A DNA stretch of 64,000 nucleotides from an uncultured Actinomycetota bacterium (GCA_963713255.1 CAVQLC010000002.1:99746-163745); one strand, 5' to 3'; counted from the stretch's first letter, positions 37,278 through 47,796 are shown. Notes: generated by a model not told the origin, from the letters alone. Program-made: numbers and translations.

Positions 37278-38316
37278 GACGCCGCCCGGTCGAGGCTGAG
37301 CCCGAGGTCCTCGAGGAGGGCGCGCACCGCGGCCCGCCCGGCGGCGGGGGAGTAGAGGTGCTGCCAGCGGTCCCGGGCGGCCGCGACGACCGGAGCCGGG
37401 TCGGCGTCGAGGGCAGCGGCCAGCGCGCGGGCGAGATCCTCGGCGTCGCCGGCGCTGGACACCCACGGGTGGGCCGGGCCGACGACCTCGGTGAGCGCAC
37501 CGGCGTCGCTGACGACGACCGGCACGCCCGCCGCCATCGCCTCGGCGGCCGCCAGGCCGAACGACTCGGGCGCGGTGCTCGGGACGACGGCGACGTCGAC
37601 GGCGTCGAAGAACCTGTCCCGCCGCATCCAGTCGCGCTGCTGGGCGCCCACCGTCATCAGGGCCATGGTCACCAGCCGACGCTGGTCGTCGGGGACGAAG
37701 CGGAAGTCTCCCGCGACCAGCAGCCGAAGTCGGCCGGCCCCTCTCGGCGAGCGCCGCGACGGCCTCGGCGAGGACGTCGACGCCCTTGTCGTGGGAGAGC
37801 CGGCCCAGGTAGCCGACGACCGGTGTGTCGCGGCGCCTGCGGTGGGTGGGCCGGGTGTCCTCGGTCCAGTTGGGCAGCACCCGGCTCCCGGGCAGCCGCG
37901 CGGCCGAGGAACGCCGAGGGCACGACCACGGCCAGGGCGCCGGCGACGGGCCAGAGCTGGGCGCTGAGCCGCTGGCCGAGCCCGGTGGGGAGCTGGTGGA
38001 GGTGCACGATCCGGTCGGGGTGCCCCGCCGTCGCCAACGCCGGGAGCAGCCCGTGGCACCACAGGATGCCCGGCCGGTCGGCGTCCCAGCGCCGGAGCCG
38101 GCGCGCGTAGTCGGCGCGGCCGCGCCCGGGGACCGGCACCGTCGCGAGGCCGAGGTCGGCGGCCGAGCGCAGCGTCTGGTCGGGCTGGGCCGGCGCGACC
38201 ACGGTCACGTCGAGGCCGAGGTCGCGCGCCGTGGTGGCGCAGCGCAGCAGCATCACCTCGCCCCCGCCGACCTGCCCCTGGTTCGCGGCCAGGTGGAGTG
38301 CGGTCGCCCCGCTCAC
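37274..38316 (-). pseudogene. GT4/GT1-family glycosyltransferase; two frameshifts (about 37735 and 37880)
   Basis: GTG 38316 (GTGA overlap) gives VSGATALHLAANQGQVGGGEVMLL (track 37669..38892). It continues GYLGRLSHDKGVDVL (track 35211..37880) and VVPSTAPESFGLAAAEAMAAGVPVVVSDAGAL (track 37274..38062). Confidence 0.65.
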
Positions 38317-39395
38317 GTCGGTCCCGACCCGTCGTACGCCGCGGCCAGGCGGGCGCACATCTGCGCCACGTCGGGCCAGTGCTCGAGCCGGGGGCGGTCG
38401 GCGGGCTCGAGACCCTGGCGCACCAGCGCCGCCGCCACCTCCTCCGGCCGCCCGGGGTCGACCAGGCACCGCTCGGGCAGGATCTCCGGGTTGCCCCCGA
38501 CCGCCGAGGCGACCACGCCGAGCCCGGCGACGGCGGCGTCGAGGAGGGTGTAGGAGCAGTTCTCCCAGACCGACAGCATCGCCACGACGTCCGCGTCGGC
38601 CAGCGCCTTGTCGGCGTCGACGAAGCCGGGGAAGTCCACGCGGTCGGCGAGGCCGAGCGCCCGAGCGTCGGCTCGCAGGGTGGCCTCGAGCTCGCCCACC
38701 CCGGCCACGGTCAGGCGGGCGTCGGGGTGGTCGCGGGCCACCAGCGCGAAGGCGCGCAGCAGCTCCGGCAGCCGCTTCTCGGGGGCCAACCGGGCGAGGG
38801 AGAGCACGCGCAGCCCGGGGCGGACCGGCGGCTCGGTGCCGGGCCGGTCCACGCCGTTGGGGATCACCCGGATGGGAGCAGCGACCTGCCACTTCTCCCG
38901 CATCACCCGCGCCGTCGCGTCGGACACCGCGATCGCGGCGTCCACGCGGCGGAAGCGCTGCCGGTGCACGGCTGCCATCGCCGCGGACCGGTGCGACGAG
39001 TGGTGGTAGACGAGGTCGTCGTCGGCGATGCCGTGCTCGGTGGTGACCAGGCGGACGCCGTGACGCGGCTTCGCGGCCGCCGCGAGGAGGTCGGCGTACG
39101 ACAGGTGGGCGTGCAGCACCGCCGGGCGCACGTCGGCGAGCGTGCGTCGCAGGCTGCGCAGCGACGCGACCATCCCGTGCTGCGGCCCGAAGGGCGCCTC
39201 GACCACCCGGCCCCCGCGGGCGCGGAGCTCACCGGGCAGGTCGCCGGGCGGGCAGAGGAACGTCAGCTCCCAGCCGGGGATGCCGTGCTCGGCGACGTCG
39301 AGCGTGTGCCGGGCGACCCCGGCCAGGGCGCTGACCGGCACGGCCCACAGGGCGCGGGGCGTCCCGCGGCCCTGCTGGTCGGGTCTCAGAACCAC
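38313..39395 (-). CDS. GT4-family glycosyltransferase
   Basis: C-terminal 360 codons of chimeric track ORF 38313..41642: SALAGVARHTLDVAEHG...HAHLSYADLL...LSLARLAPEKRLPELLRAF...SVWENCSYTLLDAAVAGLGVVASAVGGNPEIL. The start could also be a downstream GTG. Confidence 0.75.
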   Translation of the reverse strand: MVLRPDQQGRGTPRALWAVPVSALAGVARHTLDVAEHGIPGWELTFLCPPGDLPGELRARGGRVVEAPFGPQHGMVASLRSLRRTLADVRPAVLHAHLSYADLLAAAAKPRHGVRLVTTEHGIADDDLVYHHSSHRSAAMAAVHRQRFRRVDAAIAVSDATARVMREKWQVAAPIRVIPNGVDRPGTEPPVRPGLRVLSLARLAPEKRLPELLRAFALVARDHPDARLTVAGVGELEATLRADARALGLADRVDFPGFVDADKALADADVVAMLSVWENCSYTLLDAAVAGLGVVASAVGGNPEILPERCLVDPGRPEEVAAALVRQGLEPADRPRLEHWPDVAQMCARLAAAYDGSGPT

Positions 39396-41642
39396 TGCTC
39401 CAGCCGTTCGAGCGCGATCCAGAACCCCTCGCCGTCGTTGACGTGGCCCTGCCAGATCTCGGGGATGAAGCCGGCGTCCGGGCAGTGCAGGTCGAGCTGC
39501 TGGGCGAGCAGCGCCCAGTCGACCTCGCCGTCGCCGACCTGGACGCCCTCCCCGTCGACACCGGTGGCGTCGACGAGGTGCAGGTGGTCGGCGTGCGGTG
39601 CCAGGTGGTCGACGGCCTCGGAGAACGGCACCTGGCCGAAGGTGGCGGCGAGCTTGGAGTGGGAGACGTCGAGGCACAGCCGGCGGTCGTACTTCTCGGC
39701 CCAGGCCGCGGTGTCGGCGGCGCCGACGAACAGGTTGCAGAACAGCTGGCCGCCCATGTACCACGGGAACGGCGGCAGGGTCTGCGCGCACAGGCGCACG
39801 CCGTCGTCGTCGATCCGGTCCAGCCCGGCGGCGACGCGGGCGTACATCGCGGGCAGCAGGTCGGGCGTCACGTGGGCGGAGGAGGTGAAGCCGCCCAGGC
39901 TGGCGATCACGACCGGGTCGGGGGCGTCCGCCGAGAAGCAGCGGTCGCATCGACCGGGTCAGGTCGATGACCCGCTGCAGCTCCTTGACGGAGCGCTCCC
40001 AGTGGTCGTCGTCGTCGCTGGCCAGGTTGAGCAGGAAGTCGCCGGTGAAGAGGTCCGGGCTGTGGCAGGCGTAGCCCATCGCCAGCGGCAGGCCGCGGTC
40101 GGCGAGCACCTCGGCCGGGTCCAGCTCGAGGTCCTTGTAGGAGAAGTGGAACTCCAGGAAGTCCGGCGTGCAGTCCCGGGTCATCGCCGCGACGTCGTGG
40201 TAGCGGACGGGCAGGCCCCACGGACGGCGGAACGAGTACGGGCGCCCCTGCGGCGCCGCGTCGCCGAGGTCGGTGGCGTAGAAGAAGTCGCCGGGGTCCA
40301 GCGCGCGCTGGGCGGTGCGCCCGACCAGCCGGCCGTGGGCGTTGGGCTGGAGCCCGCGTCCCGGGCTCTTGATGTCGACCGCGTCCGCGGTGATGAGCTC
40401 GCCGGCCTCGATGCGCCGGGCGGCGACCAGGCTCTTGGCGAGGTTGACCCGGTTCATCATCTCGCCGGTCGACACCGCCCGGGGTGCGGCCGAGCCCAGG
40501 GCCGCCTCGACCTCGCGGATCCGGGCGACCATCTCGGCGAACTCGCCGGGCAGCAGGCTGACCTTGTGGTCGTTGCCCTCCATCTCACGGTCGATCGTGA
40601 AGTGCTTCTCGATCACCTTGGCGCCGAGGCCGACCGCCGCGATCGGCACGTGGTAGCCGCGCTCGTGGCCGGAGTAGCCCACCGGGCAACGCCCGATCTC
40701 GGCCAGCCGCTGGAGGTAGCGCAGGTTCACGTCCTTGAAGGGCGCGGGGTACGTCGACTGGCAGTGCAGCAGCGCGAAGGCGGCGCCGTGGCCGCGGAGC
40801 AGGTCGACGCTCTCGCGGATCTCGCCCTCGGTGGACATCCCGGTCGAGACGACCATCGGGATGCCGGTGCGGGCCATGTGCGTCAGCAGGGCGTGGTTGG
40901 TCAGGTCGGCGGAGGCGACCTTGAGCGCCGGGACGCCGTACGCCGCGAGCTGGTCGACGCTGGGCTGGTCCCAGGCCGTGCACATCACCTCGATGCCGAC
41001 GTCGCGACAGTGGTCGAAGACCTCGAACAGCTGGTCGGCCCTCAGGTTGAAGCGGGAGAGCAGGTCGAGGGTGTACTGCGGGCCGAGGTCCTCACCGGCG
41101 CTCGAGCCGGACGACTGGCGGTACAGCGCGTCCATGTCGCGGAGCTGGAACTTCACCACGTCGGCGCCCGCCCCGACCGAGAGGTCCACCAGCTGCTTGG
41201 CCAGGTCGACCGAGCCGTTGTGGTTGATGCCGATCTCGCTGATCACCAGGGCCGGCGAGTCCTCGTCGACGACGTGCCGCCCGACCCGCAGCTCGTCGCG
41301 GCGGTTGATGGCGACGGCGACCAGGTGGTGCCGCTCGTCGACCAGCGGGATGTGGTCGATGCCCGGTCCGAAGTGCGTCTCGATCTGCGCGGGCGGCGTG
41401 GAGACGGGGAGGCTGGTGACGTTCCGGTTGGCGACCTCCAGGGCCGGGACCTGCACGTCGAGGTCGGCCCGGCTGCTCACCCAGCGCCGGAAGTCCCCGT
41501 CCGACAGCGCGGCGTCGAGGTGCCCGGAGGAGTCGACGCAGAAGATCACCCGGGCCTTGTTGGCCGTGATCTTCTCCAGGGCACGGATCACCGGGTCCTC
41601 GGAGTAGACGACGTACGCCGTCAGGTTCCGCTCGATGATCAT
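39386..41642 (-). pseudogene. neuB: CBS-pair + N-acylneuraminate-type (nonulosonic acid) synthase + SAF + xylose-isomerase-like TIM-barrel fusion; one frameshift near 39915-39950
   Basis: Track 38313..41642 N-terminal part: CBS-like VIFCVDSSGHLDAALSDGDFRRW. NeuB: LVISEIGINHNGSVDLAKQLVDLSVGAGADVVKFQ...STGMSTEGEI...LLHCQSTYPAP...YSGHERG. SAF: LVAARRIEAGELI. Then FLEFHFSY. It continues in track 39386..39910 (LDVSHSKLA...HLHLVDATG...IPEIW). Confidence 0.8.
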
Positions 41643-41670
41643 GGGTGGACCTCCCCTCCAGCGCCCAACG

Positions 41671-42333
41671 CTACGGGGTCGTCAGGTGCTGCGCTGCCAC
41701 TTCGAGATCGAGAGGGGTGTCGATGTCCACACCCTCGACCTCGTCCATGACGAACAGGTGCACCCGGCCGCCGAGCCGGTTGTGCTGCTCGAGGTAGACC
41801 TCGGTGCGGGTGACGTAGAGCGAGCCGGTCTCGCGGTAGCGCAGCCGGTCGGGGGTCAGGTCCTGGCGCCGGGGTCGCCGGGTGACGTCGTAGTCGGCGG
41901 TCGGCGGGTCGGTCGCCCACCAGAGGAAGGGCGCCTGCGCCACCACGCCGACCAGCGAGTCCGCGCCCGCGTCGTCGAGCTCGGCGAGGGCCCGGGCCAG
42001 GGTGCCCGGGAGCCGCACGGGGGAGGTGGCCTGGAGCAGCATCACCCGGTCGGGGCGCTCGGCCCGGGACGCGATCGCGTGCAGGACGACCGGCTCCGTC
42101 GCGGTGGTGTCCTGCGCCAGCTCGGCGGGCCGGACCAGGACCTCCGCGCCGTACGACGCGGCGACCTCGGCGATCTCGGCGTCCTCGGTGGACACCACGA
42201 CCTCGAGCCCGTCGACGGCCAGCGCCTGCTCGATCGTCCACGCGATCAGGGGCTTGCCGGCACAGTCCGCGAGGTTCTTGCGGGGGATGCCCTTGGACCC
42301 GCCGCGGGCGGGGATGACGCACAAGGTGGTCAT
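41671..42333 (-). CDS. neuA: acylneuraminate (nonulosonic acid) cytidylyltransferase
   Basis: Last 220 codons of chimeric track ORF 41671..43554, with ATGA overlap upstream. Reads MTTLCVIPARGGSKGIPRKNLADCAGKPLIAWTIEQAL...LLQATSPVR...RRPRRQDL...ETGSLYV. Confidence 0.8.
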   Translation of the reverse strand: MTTLCVIPARGGSKGIPRKNLADCAGKPLIAWTIEQALAVDGLEVVVSTEDAEIAEVAASYGAEVLVRPAELAQDTTATEPVVLHAIASRAERPDRVMLLQATSPVRLPGTLARALAELDDAGADSLVGVVAQAPFLWWATDPPTADYDVTRRPRRQDLTPDRLRYRETGSLYVTRTEVYLEQHNRLGGRVHLFVMDEVEGVDIDTPLDLEVAAQHLTTP

Positions 42334-43343
42334 GCGCCGGCCAGGATCCGGGCCACGGCGAGCGCGGGCTCGGTGGCGGGGCGCGGCGGCGCCGGCGTGG
42401 GTGGCCCGCCGTAGGTCCTCATGCCGTAACGGTCCCAGAACTCCCGGAGCCATGCGGGCGGGTCGGGGAAGTCGACCCACGCCGGCAGGCCACGCGCGGC
42501 AGCCTCGAGGACGCCGGTCGAGAACACCGAGACCACCGGCGCCGCGAGGTCCCGCAGGGGGACGGCGCCGTCGTCGACGCGGATGCCCTGGCGACGCCAC
42601 TGCGCGTGCAGCAGCCGGGAGATGCGGTCCCGCTCGCTGGGGTGGGGCCGGTACGTCGCGTCGTGGGTGCGGCAGAACCGCGCGGCCGCCCGCGCCAGGT
42701 CGCGCCGGCCGAGCTCGGCGGCGTGCAGCTGGCCCAGGTAGACCGGTCGGTCCGTGACGACGTCGCCGACCGGGTCGACGCGGGCGAGGAGCTGCGACCC
42801 GACCACCGTGGTCCGCACGTCGGCGCGGTCCGTGGTCCAGAACGCGGCGTCGGCCTCGGTCCAGGCGAGCAGGTGGGCGCCCGGCGGGAGCGGCGGCGCC
42901 AGGGGAGTCAGCAACCCGTGCTGGGAGACGAGGAAGGGTGCTCCGGTGGCGGCCGCGTGCGCGTGGGCGGCGGCGCCGATCGCGGTGTAGTGCCCGGCCG
43001 CCAGCACGCGGGACACCGGCCCCACGTGCGCGCCGAGCGACCCCAGCGGGACCCGGGTCGCGGGCAGGTCGACCGGCAGTGCGGCTCCGGGTGGGCTGAC
43101 GACCACGACGCGGGCCGGGTCGAGGTGCTGGAGCACCTCCGTGACCGCGGCGGCGACGCTGGCGTGGGTGGCCTCCACGGCCACGAGGAGGTCCGCGTCG
43201 GGGCTCCCGCGGCGCACGTCGACGAGCGGGGGCGCGCCGTCGGGGAGCAGCGCCCGGATCCGGGTCTTGACCAGCCGCCCGGGGTGGCGCCGCTCGTGCC
43301 ACCGGCGCCAGGCCTCGAGGTCCTCGGGATACCTCAGGCCCAC
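42330..43343 (-). CDS. hypothetical protein between a CgeB-like GT and neuA; possible nonulosonate/capsule-type transferase (unproven)
   Basis: GTG at 43343 in the frame of track ORF 42330..44537, giving 337 aa. Protein-like: HYTAIGAAAHAHAAATGAPFLVSQHGLLTP...VYLGQLHAAELGRRD...TYRPHPSERD...VVSVFSTGVLEAAARGLPAW. Translationally coupled on both sides. Confidence 0.45.
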   Translation of the reverse strand: MGLRYPEDLEAWRRWHERRHPGRLVKTRIRALLPDGAPPLVDVRRGSPDADLLVAVEATHASVAAAVTEVLQHLDPARVVVVSPPGAALPVDLPATRVPLGSLGAHVGPVSRVLAAGHYTAIGAAAHAHAAATGAPFLVSQHGLLTPLAPPLPPGAHLLAWTEADAAFWTTDRADVRTTVVGSQLLARVDPVGDVVTDRPVYLGQLHAAELGRRDLARAAARFCRTHDATYRPHPSERDRISRLLHAQWRRQGIRVDDGAVPLRDLAAPVVSVFSTGVLEAAARGLPAWVDFPDPPAWLREFWDRYGMRTYGGPPTPAPPRPATEPALAVARILAGA

Positions 43344-44347
43344 AGCGACTCCAGGATCCGGACCCGGTGGTCGAAGGTGTGCTCGGCCAGCGTCCGCCGG
43401 CGGCCGGCGGCGCGCAGCCCGTCCGCCCACTGCGGCTCCCGCAGGGCCCGCCGGCACAGGTCGAGCAGCTCGGCGGCGGAGGCGAACGTGGCGAGCTCCG
43501 CGCCCGGCGCGTAGAGGTCGCCCACGTCGGTCCGGTCGATGAGCTGGACCGCACCCACCCCGCACGCCTCGAAGGTGCGCATCGTGAAGCCGTCCTGGTC
43601 GCCGTGCAGGTTGAGGGTCGCGGACGCCTCGGCCATCCGCCGGTAGGCGTGGGCCCGGGCGAGGTCGCGGCCGGCGGGCACGGCGGGGCGGCGCGGCGCC
43701 CAGGTGCGCAGCCGGTCGACGGGGTGGCCCGACCAGTCCCGACCGAAGGCGCGGACGGGGACGCCGGCGGCGGCCAGCCCGACCAGGGTCGCCTCGCGGT
43801 TGGGGTAGCGGGCGCCGACGAACACGATCTCGTCGCGGGCCCGGCCGGGCGGCTGCGGGACGGCGCGGTGGTCGTAGGCCAGCGGCAGGTGGGTCGCGGC
43901 GAGCCCGTGGCCGTGCAGCGTCTCGGCGTCGCGCGGCGAGTAGGTCGCGACCGGGCCCACCCGGCGCAGGGTCTCGAGGTCGTAGGTCGTGCGCCGCAGC
44001 TCGTCGTACAGCCAGAGCACCCGGGGCAGCCGGGCGTCGTCGAGGGCCTGCCAGAAGTCCGTCGTGAGCTGGTCGCCCTTCACGACGACCACGACCTCCG
44101 GACGGGCGTCGCGCACGGCGGCGATGGCCGCCGCGGTGCGGTCCTCGTGGAGGCCCTGGGAGTGCGCCCGGCCCAGCCGCCGGGGCAGCTCGTGCCGCAG
44201 CTGGTAGCGGACCCGGGACCCCAGCCCCGGGAGGTGGTCGTAGCGGTGCGTGTGGACCTGGTGGCCCGCGGCGTCGAGGGCGGCGGCGACGGCGGCGTCG
44301 TACCCGTGGAAGGCCGGGCTCACGAGGAGCACCCGGCGAGGAGTCAC
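43334..44347 (-). CDS. CgeB-like glycosyltransferase-family protein
   Basis: V43 of track ORF 43334..44473 (GTGA overlap upstream): RRVLLVSPAFHGYD...EIVFVGARYPNREATL...ASATLNLHGDQDGFTMRTFEACGVGAVQLIDR...WADGLRAAGRRRTLAEHTFDHRV. Confidence 0.55.
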   Translation of the reverse strand: MTPRRVLLVSPAFHGYDAAVAAALDAAGHQVHTHRYDHLPGLGSRVRYQLRHELPRRLGRAHSQGLHEDRTAAAIAAVRDARPEVVVVVKGDQLTTDFWQALDDARLPRVLWLYDELRRTTYDLETLRRVGPVATYSPRDAETLHGHGLAATHLPLAYDHRAVPQPPGRARDEIVFVGARYPNREATLVGLAAAGVPVRAFGRDWSGHPVDRLRTWAPRRPAVPAGRDLARAHAYRRMAEASATLNLHGDQDGFTMRTFEACGVGAVQLIDRTDVGDLYAPGAELATFASAAELLDLCRRALREPQWADGLRAAGRRRTLAEHTFDHRVRILESLWA

Positions 44348-45360
44348 TCCGCGCCCTCGGTGAGGCCCCGGCTGCTGAGCTCGGCCAGCGCGTCGTCCCA
44401 GGCCTGCGAGCTGGCCCCGGGTCGGTCCCAGCCCCAGCGCACGAAGGCGACGACGGCGTCGCGGCTCGACCACTGCGGGGGCGGGGCCCCGACGGCGTGG
44501 AGCCGGGTGAGGTCGGCGCAGGCGTGCTCGATGTCACCGGCGCGGGTGACGGCGAGGTGCTCGACGGCGACGTCGTCGTGCGGCGAGCCCTCGACGGCGT
44601 ACGCCGCCAGCTCGAGCAGGGTGGTGCGGGTGCCGGTGCCGGCGTTGAGGATCCGCGGCCCGTCCGTCGGGGGGTGGGTCACGGCCCACTCGACCAGGGC
44701 GGCGAGGTCGTCGACGTGCATGAAGTCGCGGGTCTGGCTGCCGTCGCCGTAGACCACCAGCGCGCGTCCCTCGCGGAGCCGGGCCACGAACGCGGCCAGC
44801 ACGCCGGTGTACGGGTTGTGGAGGGCCTGACCGGGGCCGACCACGTTCTGCGGGCGGATCACGGTCACCGGGACCGCGAGACCGGCGAGCGCGGCCTCGC
44901 CGAGGGACTTGGTCTCGCCGTAGACCGAGACCGGGCGGTGCGGGTCGTCCTCGTGCGACGCGCGGTCCGGGGGCCCGTCGCCGTAGACGGCGCGCGAGCT
45001 GAGCGCGACCAGCGGGACGCCGTGCCGCTCCGCGAACCCGCCCGCCAGCCGGGTGCCCTCGACGTTGACCCGGTGGTAGCGCTCGACCTCGTACATCGAC
45101 TGGCCGGTCCCGGTCTCGGCGGCGAGGTGGACGACGCTGTCGAAGCCGTCCGCCCGGCGGTCGAGATCCGTCCAGGACTCGGCGTCCGCGACGTCGCCGA
45201 GCACCACGTCGCCCGGGAAGGCCCGCCGGCTCGCGTCCGGGTCGAGGTGCACCTGGGCCGCCAGGTTGTCGAGCGCGACGACCGTGTGGCCGGCGGCGAC
45301 CAGGCGCCGCGCGACGTACTGCCCGATGAAGCCGCAGCCACCGGTGACGAGGACCCTCAT
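44344..45360 (-). CDS. NAD-dependent sugar-nucleotide epimerase/dehydratase (SDR)
   Basis: Last 338 codons of track ORF 44344..45906, with ATGA overlap upstream. Reads [20 protein letters not shown]...HLAAETG...[11 protein letters not shown]...[10 protein letters not shown]...[13 protein letters not shown]. Confidence 0.8.
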   Translation of the reverse strand: MRVLVTGGCGFIGQYVARRLVAAGHTVVALDNLAAQVHLDPDASRRAFPGDVVLGDVADAESWTDLDRRADGFDSVVHLAAETGTGQSMYEVERYHRVNVEGTRLAGGFAERHGVPLVALSSRAVYGDGPPDRASHEDDPHRPVSVYGETKSLGEAALAGLAVPVTVIRPQNVVGPGQALHNPYTGVLAAFVARLREGRALVVYGDGSQTRDFMHVDDLAALVEWAVTHPPTDGPRILNAGTGTRTTLLELAAYAVEGSPHDDVAVEHLAVTRAGDIEHACADLTRLHAVGAPPPQWSSRDAVVAFVRWGWDRPGASSQAWDDALAELSSRGLTEGAE

Positions 45361-45906
45361 GCGTCGTCGCCGATCGGTCGCGCCGGCACTCCCGCCACGA
45401 CGGTGCCGGGCGCCACGTCCCGGGTGACCACGGCGTGGGCGGCGACCGTGGCGCCGTCGCCGATCGTCACGCCGCCCAGCACGACGGCGCGCTGGCCGAG
45501 GAACACGTCGTCGCCGATCGTGACGGCGCCGGTGCCGTGGGTGCGGTGCCGGTCGGTCCGGTCGTGGTCGGTGGAGGTGACGTAGACGCCGTCCGCGAGC
45601 ACGCAGCGCGACCCGATCCGGACCGGGTCGATGGCGTGCAGGTGCACCGCGTGGCCGAGGTAGGTGTGGTCGCCGATCGTGAGCGGGCCGCCGCCCTCCT
45701 CGACGGCCAGCCAGGCCCCTTCGTAGACCGCGCAGTCGCGGCCCGAGGGTGATCCGGTCGACCCCGCGCAGCTGGTGGGGCCGCACGATCACGGTCCCGG
45801 CACCGAGACCGGCGAACGCGGGTCGGTACAACGCGGCGGTGCGGGCGCGGGCGAGCTGCCACCGCAGGGAGCGGGGCGCTTCGACCAGCCGGCGCGCGAG
45901 GTTCAC
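45357..45906 (-). pseudogene. left-handed beta-helix (hexapeptide-repeat) acetyltransferase; one frameshift near 45740
   Basis: [41 protein letters not shown] (track 44344..45906) joins track 45357..45647: [15 protein letters not shown]...[51 protein letters not shown]. Confidence 0.65.
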
Positions 45907-46799
45907 ACCCCCAGCCTGTCAAAGATCAGGTCGAGTTCGTGGCGAGCCGTGCGAATCGGCTGCACCGGGCGGCCGGCCAGCCGTCGCCCGGTGTTCCAGG
46001 CCAGGTTGACCGCGGTCGCCCCGGTCAGGGCGGCCTGGAGCCGGCGGCGGCCGCCCCACTTCTCGGCGTACCGCAGGCGTGAGGTGACCAGCCAGCGCCG
46101 CCGGCGCTCCGGGTCGCTGGACCCGCCGCCCTCGTGGACGACGACGGGCGCGTCGAGGGCCACGGCCCTGAGCCCGCGCTGCTGCAGCCGCCGCTGGAGG
46201 TCGACCTCCTCGGCGTTCATGAAGAACTGCTCGTCGAAGCCGCCCACCGCGCGGAAGTCCGCGGTGGGGAGCAGCAGGGCCGCCCCGATGACCCAGTCGA
46301 CGACGGCGGTCGCGTTCGCCGCCTCGGTGTCGTGGCCGACGGCCTCGTGCAGCCGGGGGCGGTCCCGCAGTCGCGCCAGCGGGGTCAGCCACTCGACGGT
46401 CTGGTGGCGCGTGGTGGGGAAGTGCCGGCCGGTCCAGGCCGGTCGGCCCTCGCGGTCCACGACCCGGGGCGAGACGACGGCGGGCAGCCAGGGCGCCGCG
46501 GCCGCGAGCAGGTCGGTGAGGAACGTCGGCCCCACCTCGAGGTCGCTGTTGAGGACGAGCAGGAGCGGGTGCCGGGCCGCGGCCGCACCGGTGTTGACGG
46601 CGGAGCCGAAGCCGCCGTTCGACGTACGGCGCACCACCTCCACGCCGTCGACCTCGGGGAACGGCGGCTCCGACGCGTCGTCGGCGACGATCAGCTGGAG
46701 GTCGTCCCGACCGCCCTGCGCGAGGAGGGCGTCGAGCAGCGCACGCGTCGGGGCGGGATCTCCGTAGTGCGGAACCACCACCGACACTTCGTGTGGCAT
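45903..46799 (-). CDS. GT2-family glycosyltransferase
   Basis: M36 of track ORF 45903..46904: MPHEVSVVVPHYGDPAPTRALLDAL...LIVADDASE...NGGFGSAVNTG...VLNSDLE...GGFDEQFFMNAEEVDLQRR. Confidence 0.8.
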   Translation of the reverse strand: MPHEVSVVVPHYGDPAPTRALLDALLAQGGRDDLQLIVADDASEPPFPEVDGVEVVRRTSNGGFGSAVNTGAAAARHPLLLVLNSDLEVGPTFLTDLLAAAAPWLPAVVSPRVVDREGRPAWTGRHFPTTRHQTVEWLTPLARLRDRPRLHEAVGHDTEAANATAVVDWVIGAALLLPTADFRAVGGFDEQFFMNAEEVDLQRRLQQRGLRAVALDAPVVVHEGGGSSDPERRRRWLVTSRLRYAEKWGGRRRLQAALTGATAVNLAWNTGRRLAGRPVQPIRTARHELDLIFDRLGV

Positions 46800-46863
46800 C
46801 GTGCTCGTCTCCCTCGGCCGGAAGTCGAAGTCTGACACGGGGCCACCGTGGGAAAGTGGTCGC

Positions 46864-47739
46864 GTGTCCGGCACCGAGCCCCTGTGCAGCGTGGTGATTC
46901 CCACCTACAACGCCGCGGCCACCCTGGACGCCACGCTCGCCGCCCTGGCGGCCCAGGAGGGCGTCGCGCCGTTCGAGGTGGTGGTCGCCGACAACGGCTC
47001 GGTCGACGACTCCGCGGAGGTGGCCCGCCGCTGGGCCGACCGCCTGCCGCTGCTCCGGGTCGTGGACGCGTCGCGCGCCCGGGGCGTCGCCGCGGCCCGC
47101 AACGACGGCATCCGGGCCGCGCGCGGTGACGTCGTGCTGCTGTGCGACGCCGACGACGTGACCGACCCGGGGTGGGTGGCCGCGATGCTGGGCGCCCTCG
47201 AGGAGGCCGACTTCGTGGGGGGCGCCCTCGACACGCGCACCATCAGCGGCCGCGGCCGCGGGTGGGCGCCCTTCCCCGACCTGACCACGGAGCTGCCCAC
47301 GATCTGGGGCGACCGCGCGTACCCGTTCGGCGGCAACCTCGGGATGCGCCGCCGCGTGTTCGAGGCGGTCGGTGGCTTCGACGAGACGTACGGCGCCGGG
47401 GCCGAGGAGATCGACTTCGCCTGGCGGGCCCTGGACGCCGGTTACCCGGCCCACTACGCGCCGGGCGCCCTGATCCACTACCGGATCCGCGACGACCTCC
47501 GCGGCGTCCTGCGCCAGCAGTACAACTCGGGCCTGGGGACCGCCCAGCTCTACGCGACCTTCCGACCGCCGGAGGTGCGCACCCGGTCGTGGCACCGTCG
47601 GGTGCGGCACGAGGTGGCGCTGCTGCGGACCTTCCCCTGGCGCGGCGACAACGTGGCCCGCGGCGCCTGGCTGTCCGTGGTCGCCTTCGAGGCCGGCATG
47701 GTCCGCGGCGCCCTCCGCCATCGCTGCCGCGTCCCGTGA
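46864..47739 (+). CDS. GT2-family glycosyltransferase
   Basis: V22 of track ORF 46801..47739; divergent from 46799. Reads LCSVVIPTYNAAATLDATLAAL...VVADNGSVDDS...RGVAAARNDG...LLCDADD...GGFDETYGAGAEEIDFAWR. Confidence 0.8.
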   Translation: MSGTEPLCSVVIPTYNAAATLDATLAALAAQEGVAPFEVVVADNGSVDDSAEVARRWADRLPLLRVVDASRARGVAAARNDGIRAARGDVVLLCDADDVTDPGWVAAMLGALEEADFVGGALDTRTISGRGRGWAPFPDLTTELPTIWGDRAYPFGGNLGMRRRVFEAVGGFDETYGAGAEEIDFAWRALDAGYPAHYAPGALIHYRIRDDLRGVLRQQYNSGLGTAQLYATFRPPEVRTRSWHRRVRHEVALLRTFPWRGDNVARGAWLSVVAFEAGMVRGALRHRCRVP

Positions 47740-47796
47740 CCTCGCCGGCGGCCCGGGCGTCGGGCCGCTCCGGGGCGACCTCGCCTACCGCGTGCG

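Noticed and set aside
35211-37880. 889-aa minus-strand ORF
   Set aside because: It is a composite. Only the last 371 codons (a GT4 from ATG 36326) and short N-terminal pieces of two upstream glycosyltransferases are real in this frame. The rest is an Arg/Pro/Gly-rich wrong frame.
38313-41642. 1109-aa minus-strand ORF read as a single giant protein
   Set aside because: It is a chimera. The N-terminal two thirds are the real CBS-NeuB-SAF protein. The middle (PRPGRDRQPGRLHLLRPRD...) is out-of-frame read-through of the TIM-barrel part, whose real frame is track 39386..39910. The last 360 codons are a separate GT4 with its own GTG at 39395.
38298-41750. 1150-aa plus-strand ORF, the longest in the track
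   Set aside because: It is antisense to the GT4/NeuB genes, whose minus-strand translations carry clear family motifs. Its own translation is Arg/Gly/Ala/Val/Asp-rich with no recognisable motif, which is typical of stop-free antisense frames in >70% GC DNA.
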